Shown here piece after piece: positions 52,401 to 64,000 of a DNA stretch of 64,000 bases (position 1 is the first letter of the stretch; each line of letters begins with the position of its first letter). The notes below the pieces were generated by a model that did not search any database, was not told the origin of the DNA, and was given only the letters and a program-made list of their open reading frames with translations. The stretch spans positions 366,048,001 through 366,112,000 of the forward strand of contig OZ024743.1 of assembly GCA_964016885.1 (NCBI GenBank), written 5' to 3'. This stretch comes from Eledone cirrhosa. Taxonomy: Eukaryota. A program made the position numbers and the translations under genes.

Positions 52401-53784
52401 CCCCACAGACTATATGTAATTACGTGCTGCTGCTAGCCACGCGGTTTGAAAAAGTTATCTAGTGCTCTTTAAAGATTTCGATTTTGTATTTGTTTCGCTA
52501 GATTCCTTACGTGAAATCGTGTGTTGAAACAAATATTGTTATAATTTGGGAGGGTCATGTTGCCCATGTAACACAACAACGAAAACACGCCTAGGTTTTA
52601 TTTAACTTGAATTTCTTTATAAATGTTCTTATCAAGTAGTTAATACTAGCGTGGAGGATGTGAATGAGAGGTATATCGTCATAGATAAGATCACTGATTG
52701 TAACCAAAGAACTTTGACAAACTAACTAATCAATCATTTCATTGATAAATAAATGGATCATCTAAATAATTGATAATGCTTTGTGACTTAGGCAGAAGGG
52801 CAACAATTTGAGAGGAGGGGAGAGTCAATTAAATCGATCCCAGTGCATTACTTGTGCTTTATGTTATCGACCCCGTAAGGATGAAAGACAAATCTCACTT
52901 TGGCAGGATCTGGACTCAGAACGTAAAATGTCGTAACTCTATGCTACAAAGCATGTTGTCCGACGCTCTACTGACACTGCTAATCTACCGCCCTTGACAA
53001 TAAAACTGAATTAAAATACTACAGGTCCGTGTGTTGTATTGGTAATATGACCCTTTCAAAGAACAACTACGGGTCTTAAGATTATATGTAAATGGTACCG
53101 AACTATTCTTAGCGAAATCCTATCTACAAATCCCCTTTGATGGCCAATTTCAGCCAATATTGACTAAGATGCATGGCCGAGAGGTTTGGGTGTTGGAATC
53201 GCGATCATTTGGTCGTGGGTTCGATTTCTAGACTGGGCGGCGAATTGAGATCTTGAGCTAGACTCTTCATTTCACGTTACATTTTATGACAAGACTAGGG
53301 CTCTTGTCATTAAACCCCAGGAGAAACCTCCTATGAGATGCAACTTTGCAGGAGGCCATCTAAATCCACAAAGGTGTAAACTGTAGCGACAACAAAAACA
53401 TGCTTGACTGCGGATGATCAAGACTGTGCAATACTGATCATAGGCCTAGGTCAAATGTGAAAATTTAATATTGCTGATTGTTTTCATTCATGCTGCATAC
53501 ATATTTCTCTATAGGTTACCGTCTCTCTGTACATATATTTTACGTGACATTCTTACAATGTTGCTGCGTAGTGATACGGCTTTTATTTTTTATTTTCTTT
53601 GAAGACGATCAAGCATCCAAAACGTTACACTTTTCTTTTGGCAAATTTCACTGAACTATTGCATTTTGCCGTCACAGCATCACTAGTTTCCTTTGAAAGT
53701 AGTGTTTTATTAGAACTAATGATGGTTTAGACCAGGTTGATTTACCACAATCTATCTCTCTATCTATCTCTCTTACCGACATCC

Positions 53785-56520
53785 AAAGCCTACAGTAGAC
53801 GGATTAGCACTTTAGTTAAACAGCATTTGACAGGGGCTATTGTCAACAACAGATGGTGGTACTCTCTCAAGAGAGCAGTTAGTTTTTAGTAAAGAATTAG
53901 CGTTAGATAGAAATAGAACCGAGAAGGAACTGGTAGATAAAGTAGAAGAGGCAATTAGAAGTGGCAGCGTGCTAGCAACGAGAACGGCCTTGGACCAGTT
54001 CTTCGACGCAAAGCACGAGGGCTGCGTTGTCAGAAGCAAAATACGTGCTCTGGGAAACGAGGGAGCCAAAGCTGTTAGCTGGGCCCGAGTGACGGAGGCA
54101 AAAAGTAGCAACAAGTCCACGATTCGGTCTTTGAAGGACCAAAACGGACGCGTGATACGTGACCCGAAGCAGGTGTGTGCGGCCTTTCAGCGGCACTTAG
54201 CTCAACTGTTCGGGCAGGGCGGCGCGCCGGGAGGAGCTATGGATTTCGGTCCATACCTCGACGGCCTACCGCGACTCTCGGACAACGAGACAAAGTTCTG
54301 CGAAAAGCCGATTTCAGCCGCTGAGATAAGGGACGCGCTGAGCCAATGCGGCAAACGCAAATATCCAGGTCTCGACGGTCAACCCTACGAATTTTACGTA
54401 GCAATGACGGACTTATTCTCCGGACTCCTGGAAGCGGTCTACTGCAACTGGCAACAGAACGGGAGAATTCCCAGTTCTGTGACCGGGGGCGTAGTCACAC
54501 TAGTCAGGAAGGACGAGAATAAGGGGGATGACATAGGCAACTTCCGGCCCATAACTCTGCTAAACACAGAGTTACAGATTTTGGCCAAGATGTTGGCAAA
54601 GAGGCTGGCGCTTGTCGTCGAGAACCTGGTGGGAGAAGCGCAGACATGCGCAATCGCGACCAGGTCCATACACGACAACCTCCACCTCATGCGATACATC
54701 ATAGAGAGGGTAGGGTGTAAACCCGGCTTCGGTGGGGCCCTGATCAACTTGCATTAGTCTAAGGCTTTCGATAGGGTTGACCATCGTTACCTGGATGCGG
54801 TGCTCGAGGCGGCAGGCTTCGGACCCGTGTTCAGAGGCCGGATTGCTGCAATGCACAACAGCAACATCTACTCAAGGGTCAAGGTGAACGGCTACCTCTC
54901 GGAGCCATTCCATATCACGCGATCCATTCGACAGGGATGCCCTCTCTCCTCCCTTCTGTACGTACTGACTCTCGAGCCACTACTGCGGAGAGCTATTGCA
55001 GGGCATCCCTCTGGAACCGGGACTGCGGAAAGCGGCGTCGGCCTACGCCGACGACGTGACGGTAATGGTGTCGAGCGCCTCGCAAATCGAGGAAGTCGAC
55101 ACCTTACTGAAGGAATACGAAAGTTTCACAGGAGCGAAGCTGAACCGGGACAAGTCCATCGGTTTGCAACTCGGATCGTAGAGAAGCAAACCGATGCCTT
55201 CCGATGGCGTCGTCAGCCGCTGGACGGAAGGACCGGTAAAGCTGCTCGGGGTCTGGTTTGGTCTGGAACGAGGTGACGGCCAAGGTGTTTGCACTCACCC
55301 AGAAGTGGGCCGAGTGCAAACTATCCTTGAAAGGTCGAGCGGAGGTGGCGAACACTTTTATAGCGTCCGCCATCTACTACCGCTTGACCGTCGTGCCTTG
55401 TCCAGCCAAAACGCTCACCAAAATGGAGCGCGCTCTTCCAATTCCTTTAGAAGAGGCGGGCTCCTTTGGTGAGAAGATCCATCTGCTGCCAACACCCTTC
55501 TAACGGAGGGCTGGGGATTCCGCGGTTGACGATGCGTATTCCTCACCGGACAACCGGTATGGGCCCCGTTCGTGAGGCGAGCCTTCCCACGACTCGTCTC
55601 GCTGACCGAGATGCAGTCCTGGGTCAAGCAAAGACCGAGGAAAATGGGCGACTGGCACATCGAATGTGCTCAGGCGCTCACAGCCCTCTGGCAGGCGGAC
55701 CCGGCGATCAGTGGAGATTCCACTTCGTCATTCTATAGAGGGTTGATCCGCAGCAAGTGCGACGACGCGCTCGGTGAAACTCTAGGCGTAGAGGAAGTTG
55801 AACTGACCAGTCTGTTCGGTAGGACCTTCCGCTCGGGACCGATGGACAACTAACAAAAGTCCCTGGCCTGGCAGTGCTACCGAGGAGCTCTACCAGTTCG
55901 AGACAAGCTCTACAGACATGGGCGCCCGGGCAGGGACCCTGCAAAAAAGATTGGTCCGAGGTGCGTGTGAGACGAAGAAACCGTCGCGCACGCATTCATA
56001 CACTGCCCGGGTGTCACCCTCCTTCAAAAACGAAGGAGAGGCGGTTTTCATTTGTGTGATAGCTATGGCGAAAGAGGTTGTATGGTGGACAAGGTTGAAA
56101 GGGCTGAGGTCAGACACCTTTCTCTCCGGCTAACAACTGATTCTTTTTTTCAAATACCACTTTGGAAGAAGAATCAGGATGGAGAGAGAGGTGCTGTACC
56201 CCAGCAAGTTTTATGAAAGGTGGGTGAAAGTGGCGAGAATGGCCCGAGTGAATGGGCCTTCTCTCTATACCAGCCTGTAGGTTGAGGAAAAGGAGGAGGA
56301 GAGGAAAGGAGTACAAACTCTTCGTACTCCTGGAGATGAGGGTTGCACATTTTTTCGGGGGGTATGTGTTACCCATATGAACTGTCTCCCTCTATTGGGG
56401 AAAATCGACTAATTTTTTAAATTGCATTTGTGATAATATTTTACACGTTTTTATTGTATGGAAACTTCCCCCTTTGTATTTGTCCCCTTCTTTTGTGCCC
56501 CTGTGGCTAATAAAGAAACA
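53785..56520 (+). mobile_element. 5'-truncated, decayed L1/Tx1-clade LINE (ORF2 reverse transcriptase + 3' UTR)
   Basis: KYPGLDG, FRPITLLN, QTCAI..RSIHDN, LH*SKAFDRV, SIRQGCPLS and ASAYADDVTV across stops and frameshifts. Ends taataaagaaaca into (TATC)n, with TATC/TC repeats also 5' of the element. Confidence 0.9.
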
Positions 56521-57568
56521 TATCTATCTATATCTATCTCTCTCTATCTATCTCTCTATATATATATTTATATATATGTATGTATATGTGTGTGTGAGTA
56601 AAGGTCTATGAGTAGGATTATATGTATCTGCATATATTTGTATGTTGACCTTTGTGCAAGAATTTTGATTTCTTAGAGGTGAGATGATTAGGCATATATG
56701 TATGCGTGTAAGTTCTCATCGGTTGTTGAATCAAAATCTCTCCCCAAATGATTTTTCCTTTTTGTATTCTATTATGGATATTGAACTGATCCCAGCATTT
56801 GACTTCTTTAATTTATCAACAAAAATTGAAAAGAAGACTTCAGTGATATTTGAACACGGGTTGACTTTGCCTTTCATCCTTACGGGGGTCGATAAAATAA
56901 AGTACCACTAATGCACTGGGTAATTGATGGCCTTGTGCCTAAAGTAGAAACAGTTATAAACTACAAGCATTTTAGCCGATGTTGCATTGGGTCTATTAAT
57001 CCACAATTTCTCTGTATCAATTTACAGTTCACCTGGCTGTCGGCAATAGATACCAGAGCATTTATGAACATTTAGTTTAAAACCTAATTGTAGAAATCGT
57101 TTAATTTCGATTTGACTTATCTGAATCTAGGCTTTGGTTGAAGATTACGAGTTGCATGACGGCTGATGTGCAACAGTAGATTTCACGCTAATCTCACAAT
57201 GTACAGAGCATCCACTGCATGGGGGTAGTGTTTGGAGCAGCTTGCAAATTAAAGTGTTTCCCCAAATTAAAGTTATATATACGAGAGTTAATCTACTTGA
57301 CTGCATGCACGAAAACCGAAATACAGTAAGCATAAATATAAATATATGGACCATAGTCAGTTTATAGCGATATTATATTTAAAATATCTTCAACACGTAA
57401 CGAGCGCGAACATAGCTGTGAGGTTAAAAGGTTCGTTCGTAACCATATGGTTTCGAATTAAATCTCACCGTGTAGCAACATTGGCAAATATATCCTATAT
57501 AGGCTACGGTTGACTATAATGTCTATAGACTGAACATTTTCTGACGGAGCTGATAAAGGACCATCGTG

Positions 57569-57616
<48 letters not shown>

Positions 57617-57708
57617 TAAAAGGAAAAGAAAATGGTGACAAATTGTTCCCAGTGAAAAATAGTTTAATTAGGAATAAGTATTGGTTTGTATTCAGTTTTG
57701 GTTTTAAG

Positions 57709-57746
57709 TTTTTACCGGTTGCGCATTTCTAATGCTTTTCAAAAAT
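57709..57746 (-). ncRNA. Decayed U3-A8 hammerhead motif in a (TA)n-bounded module (57613-57782)
   Basis: UUU-UUGAAAA-GCAU uagaa AUGC-GCAA-CCGG-UA^-AAA; GAAA is changed to GCAA. Confidence 0.5.
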
Positions 57747-57777
57747 AATTTTGAGATAGAGCGCTCATGATGTTTGC

Positions 57778-57838
<61 letters not shown>

Positions 57839-57966
57839 GTGTGTGTGTGTGTCAGGTTCAATCGGGGGTAACCACAGTAAGTAAGGTACTCAATACATAG
57901 CAGAGTATACATATTTAATATAGAAATGGCTTTACAGGACTAGAACTGTTTCATTCGAAGGAAGCC

Positions 57967-57997
<31 letters not shown>

Positions 57998-58039
57998 CAT
58001 ACACATATATACACGTGCGCACACGGACACATATACGTG

Positions 58040-58439
58040 CAAGGGCGACTTCGAAAGTGAAACCTTTTTGCCAAGCGTTAAACATCTCACTCTCCGAAAG
58101 GACATTGTAGGAGAGTGAGTACTGCACCAGGATAACACGCCTGCTCACACAACACTTTCAATCAGAGAATTTCTGGCGACGAAAAACATTCCCACTCTTC
58201 ACATCTTCCCTACAGCCCAAATCTAGCTCCGTTTATACTTCTTCTCGAAGTTGAAGGGTCGCCATTTTGGGACTGTGGAAAACATACAAAAAATTACTTC
58301 CGGTACTGCTACGATCAATGGAAACACTGTGTGACTTCCCAAGGGTCGTATTTTGAAGGAGACAGCTTGTAATTTCATGTATATCTAATACACATTTAAG
58401 TATAACATCAGTACTCTTACTTTTGCGACAAACCTCGTG
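58040..58439 (+). mobile_element. Mariner 3' fragment
   Basis: LHQDNTPAHT..IREFLA..HLPYSPNLAP motifs and a TIR-like end ttacttttgcgacaaacctcgtg. Confidence 0.75.
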
Positions 58440-58929
58440 TATCATATAAACATAAGGATGCGTGTGTATGTTTAACAGTCTTGAGGGTGAGTGAATCTAT
58501 TTCGTGTTTCGATATTTTGAAGTAAAAGTAATTCTAAGTAAAATTTGATTTTGTATTTAGTTTATATCATATATTTACTTTTTAGTAATGGTGTTAATAA
58601 AAAAAAATCATACAATTCTAATCATAAACACACATTTCAATCTTAGCCGGATTTCATCTGCATGATTCGCCGGTCTACCAGAGAATTATTGCTAACCAGA
58701 ACACACACACAGACACACACGTATCTCATATTGTTCTGCGTTCATGTTTAACATGTATATGGATGTTAAACTAATGCTATAACACCATTTGTTAATGTCG
58801 TGCACTTTGTCCATTGCATATATTTATATCAGAAATATATTGATTTGTGTGTCGTGAGTACAATTCTAATTCGCGTTCTCACACACTTACCCCACACACA
58901 ATAAATTCGCAATATATATATATATATAT

Positions 58930-59097
58930 AGGAACGAGTAGGACTCCGACGGCTGAGCTCAAGCCGTTTCGACGGCTAATTCTGGAGCTCAGCCGTCGGG
59001 GTCCTACTCGTTCCTATTACCCACTCTACTACTCTAAGTATTGAGTACTTTGGTGCGTTATGGTCCACCTGGTTCCTTACCACATTTCCTTCGTTAT
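58930..59097 (+). mobile_element. PLE-like 3' terminus with 5' fold-back, between (TA)n tracts
   Basis: ggaacgagtaggactccgacggctgagctc is mirrored at 58986-59015; the tail matches the 32895-32985 family. Confidence 0.7.
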
Positions 59098-62000
59098 ATA
59101 TATATATAAGGATGGTATCCTGTGTGTGTGTATATATGGCTCGATCCGCTTAAATGACATGTACATACATTTGTATGTATTTATATTGTTCCATATGACT
59201 GAGAAGAACAGCAATACCCAACCCATGAAGTTTTCCACTGCCTCCAAGACCGATGTAAAGGAGGAAAGAACCACATTAGTAAGGCATTCATGAACAGTAT
59301 AAACACTCCTTGCGACTGCATTACATTGAAAGTTAAAGACTTTACTTTAACACTGAAAATGTTCACACCGAACTATCCAGCAGTAAATATACTATAAACA
59401 TTTAGGTATTTTCTAGCAAATCATTACAGGAATCTGAAAGTTAAACTACGTTTTCGTCGGTCATACCCAAGCCATTTTACCCTACGATGCACACATATTA
59501 TCGGATTAGTATATTTATGAAATGCGATATGTCAAATGGAGGACTATGCTTCCCGTGGACCATTGCCGTTTAAACAAAAAAGTTAATTTCATTTATCGTA
59601 TTTGATGGTTTATATGGCATAAGAAGTGCAGCGAATTGGCAGTCATTAGAACGTCCGATAGAATGATTTGAGGTATTTGTTTCGGCTCTCTGCGCTGACT
59701 TTCCAAAACGGAGGTATTTTTTATAAGCTCATGTACCCATAACTACACATGAAGTCGTACAGGCACTGCCGTGATTATACGGAGTGTCTTCGGCACTTTA
59801 AACATGGCGGCGGAGTCAATTCCCTCTTTAAGCCGGAATTCAGAAAGTGGAGCAAGTGATACAGATATATCGTGGAAGAATTGATTCCGGTCTTGAGCTA
59901 GTACTCTTTTGTCACTCTCGAAAGGGTGAAAAGCAAAGTTTGCTTTGGCTGGATTTGAAATCGGACAGCGCAGAAAGCCGAAACGATTACCGAAATGCAT
60001 TATATCGGACGTTCTAACGCCTATGCCGATTAACTTGGTGGTTGGATAACATCTATAATCTCGGTTGGTCTTGCTTGGAGTTCCAGCCTGATCATTTGGA
60101 AACTGTTGCTTCTGATATGACTTTCTAGAAATAGTTTCTGAGTACTGTCTCTACATCCCTCTCAGGAATAGGTAGATGAAGATTTTTTTTCCTTACTAAA
60201 TATAAATTTCTAAGCTCACTTCATTAAGTGTATTAGCCCCGATTGTACTATATATTTATTTATAAGAACTGAATATTGGCCAATAAGGGTTTGGTTAGAT
60301 ATGTGTCACTGGATATTTAAACCACTAAGATAATAGAAAATAGGAATTCAAATCCTTGAATCCTCCTAATCTTTATCTCCATGATAACATAACCGAACAA
60401 GAAACCACGTTTTCTCTTCTTTCTCTCTATGAATACCTTATCACATACGTACGTACCTACACGTATGGTTAAAATAAAACTATTGTAAACGAAAAGAATT
60501 TTCTTGAGGCTGATGATAGCAGGTTTTCTCGTCTGTGACGCAGGTTATTCTTTGTCTTTTGTTTAATGCATTGGAAGAGTATATATTATCAAATAAGGCG
60601 CCTTTCAACGAGATAATTATTTTGCCTATCGCGAACATATTCTGTTCATTTGTGGCGAAGATAATTTCCTGTTATTTAGGTGTCTAAAAGTTAGTATTGC
60701 TTCTCATGTGAGAATCGGGATTTAATCAGAGTACTCGTAAATTTGCAACAATCGATCCAATATGTAGTCGATCAACCTTCTAAAAATAGCAACCAAATCA
60801 CCACTGGACAATGTCCCAAAACAAGTAATAGTTATGGCTGTAGCTAAATAACAACCTATCAGAATATTTCTCAATCAGGCATTTGGTCATCTTCTTTGTC
60901 TCTATTTTCGCCGGTTAAATATAGGGGTTCTGCGGTTCAGGAAGCTGTTTTCTATTGCTTGTCGCAACTCCTAGTAGAAAGAGCAACGTGAAATAAAGTA
61001 TTTTGCTGAAGAATATTAAAACACGCCACCCAGTCACAGAATTGAACCTACTACCTAATGAACGGTACACCACGGCAGAAGTGTTGAGGTGCGAACTTGG
61101 AACACGTGAAGGGAGGGAAAGGCATAATTGGCTATTGTTTATTTCTTGAGTAACAGTTACAATATATAATTAACAGAAGTTGCATACAATCGGCTCTTAA
61201 AAAGTTGTGTGTTTTTCTATTAAGTTATATTTAACCAAAACCATGATAGTTTGCTTGACAACGATTTAGTAAGACTTTATTTTAAAGAATGGTTATTTAT
61301 TATAGAGAGTCAGAGATGTTTTGCGACATCATTTCACATTCAAGTGAGAACAAGAAATAAAGAAAATTTAGATTGAGAAAAATGGAATGTAAAATAAGGA
61401 AATATATTTAAAAAAAAAAAAAAATTAACGGAAAAGGGAGAGAATGGCAAGGACTCTAGTATCACAGAAGCATGTGAAGGGGGAGGATCATTCGTCATTT
61501 CATTCTTCCGAGTTTAATGAAATCGAGTACCAGTCAATTATTGGGGGTAAATTCAATCGTCTTTCCCTTTTCTCCAAATTACTGACCTTGTGTCTAGATT
61601 GGAAACGATTAAGTTACGGTGGGTTGACGGAATCTTTTGAGCATCGGGAAAATGTGATACGTATTTATTCTGTCTGTTTACAATCTGAGTTCAAATCCCG
61701 CCGTCATCAACTTTGCCTTTTATCCTTTATCTTTGTTGTGTTGTTGTTGTTTCTTTTCTTTATAACTTCACTCGCTTCTCTCCTCACACCTCTTTGTTTA
61801 ATCAGTCGCTCATGTGTATATATACATTCTTACATCTGTGTGTATGTGTAGGTGTTATAGTGTTTGAAATTTCATATTTTAATCCATTTTAGTTTGTTTG
61901 TGTTTTAGTTGTAATATGAAATCTCCTAAATCGAAATTGATGGCCGTGACAAAATCTCATGTTGAAATTTGAACTCGTATCGAGATATAATAAATAAAGA

Positions 62001-62149
62001 ATGACTTCTTTATCGATTTCAGTTTCAGCTTTTATCGAATTTGGTTTAATGTGTAAATCTCACTTTCGATTAAATTCAACACGCTCCTCGTCCCACGCTA
62101 CAGATACGGGCTTATATATGAAACAAAATTCGTTAATTCTTTTTTTTTT

Positions 62150-62470
62150 TTTTTTTTCACTGGTTTCAGTCATTTGACTGCGGCCATGCTGGAGCACCGC
62201 CTTAAAGTCGAACGTATCGACCCCTGTAGTTGCTGTATTTTTTTTTTCAAGTCTAGTATTTATTTTATCGCACTCTTTTTGTCGAATCGCTAAGTTACGG
62301 GACACAAACGTAAACACGCATATACACGGCGCGGCGCGCTCATGCAGATTCCGTCTATCAATTTTCACTCTCAAGGCATTAGGAAACCCAAGACTACAGT
62401 AGTAGACACTTACCCATGGTGTCGCACTGTGGAATTGAACTTGAAAGTGAACTCCTTATTTACACAGCCA
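62150..62470 (-). mobile_element. Degenerate SINE-type repeat (relatives at ~42250-42400 and ~48180-48545)
   Basis: ggtttcagtcatttgactgcggccatgctggagcaccgcc tail and a tRNA-like head near 62400-62470. Confidence 0.6.
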
Positions 62471-64000
62471 TAAATAATTGGTAAAAATTTGTTCTAAATT
62501 TCCCATTCCTGTACAAATATCTCGGTTAAAGTATTTTATTACACCGTGGATCTTTTATCTATTTTTAATCTTCACAATTCATATCAACAAGCGATTGTGA
62601 GCACGTATGTGAGCTACCAAGTGATCGCTTAATTTGCTAGAAATAGCAGCAAAATATCTCTTAGACCACACCATGGTGTTTTAAATAAAGTATGAACACA
62701 ACAGATGAGTTTTAAAGTAAATGAATTTCCGCCAGTTTGAATTATGAGTATCCTTTACATAATTCCGTGAAAAATGTTTTTTTGTACAAGGCTGGGATTT
62801 TGAATTGCAGGTACGGTCCATATGAGTGGCCTCCATATACACAATTTCACTTACAAGGATTGGATCGATCCGAAGCTATAGAAATAAAGACACTTGCTCA
62901 AGATGCCACGCTTCGAAATCGAAGTTAGAGCCTCATGATTGTGGTGCGAATTTGTAAATTATTTCAGCTACAATACATCCATAAATATAGTTCTTTGAAA
63001 CCCGTAAGAGATTCTTTGATCATATATAGGTCTCCCAAGTAGGGTTGACCTAGGGCTAAACAACAAATACAACAACAGTGCGTGATATAGTGTGTATTCA
63101 GGCCACTGCTTCTCCAAGCTTTGTGTTGTTCCCACACCACCATTATTTAATGTGGGGATTTATTGGATTGTGAGTTCGTCTCTCCTATTGCCGTAAACTT
63201 TTATCAGATAATCAAATTTAGTGGACCAGATCCATTTTAATTAACTGTTTTAAGCTGTTTTGCCTGCCATCCAGTCAATTGGGGGGAGATTACTCATTCT
63301 TCCTTCAAATAACTGAGATCTCTCTCTACCCCCTTTTTTTACTCTTCCCTCTCCACTTTCACCACCGCCATACTCCTTTTCTTGTTTTTATTCTTTTTGT
63401 GAATAGAACACATCTTATTTATTAAAGGGGGACTTGTGTTTGTCATGAGTGAATCACGTTTGATTTCTTGTAATTAGGACAAGCCATAACTGGTGTACAC
63501 TGAAGTGAAAAGGCGAAATTTTAGGCATTAAAGCAAAACGCGCATGCGTTCATTTTATCAGCGTGACCAATAACACCACCACCACCATTAATCATTGCTA
63601 CTACTATCAAATAATAATAATAAATTAAAAATTAACAAAAATATATGTAAGCAGCCGCCCGAAACCAGTTGTGTTCCTACCGGGCAATTATCTATTGGTG
63701 CTAAGGTAACTTCTTGCTGTCTACTCTCGGGACTGGAATAATCTTCCCCTGCTTATTAAATTTTGCTAATCTATCTTCGGCGAAATTTTATTTTAAGTGG
63801 TAGCATTCGTGCAACAATTAATTTTCTTTATGCATTAATAAACATTATACATGACAAAAAAGTACATAACTAGAAATCCCATACGTTATAAAATAAATAG
63901 AATAGGTTGAGGTCTCGATATGTACACTAAACGACTAATTCTGTTTTGTTTTTTTTAAAAACAACGGAGGCAACCTAGATTACCGATTCCACCAACTGGC

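Overview
AT-rich, microsatellite-dense eukaryotic DNA with no recognisable intact host gene. The SINE families and (TA)n/(CATA)n load resemble an octopus (cephalopod) genome, which is inference. Most listed ORFs are translated simple repeats. All recognisable coding sequence is transposon-derived: three different Penelope-like elements (PLEs) with a C-terminal GIY-YIG domain, an L1/Tx1-type LINE, CRE-like and RTE-like LINE fragments, and mariner, maT (DD37D) and Chapaev3-like relics. Non-coding repeats include a pogo/Tigger-type MITE, many tRNA-derived SINEs, a tRNA-Gly pseudogene head and a 5S rRNA-derived fragment. The main signal is a nest, densest at about 16-42 kb, of short non-coding modules bounded by (TA)n tracts. 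They carry about 20 intact, variant or decayed type I hammerhead ribozyme motifs (read by eye) from several sequence families. These include U3-A8 core variants, one with an ~83-nt stem II and one with a full stem III. Many large fold-back palindromes lie in the same region. A few possible minus-strand exons are noted at low confidence.
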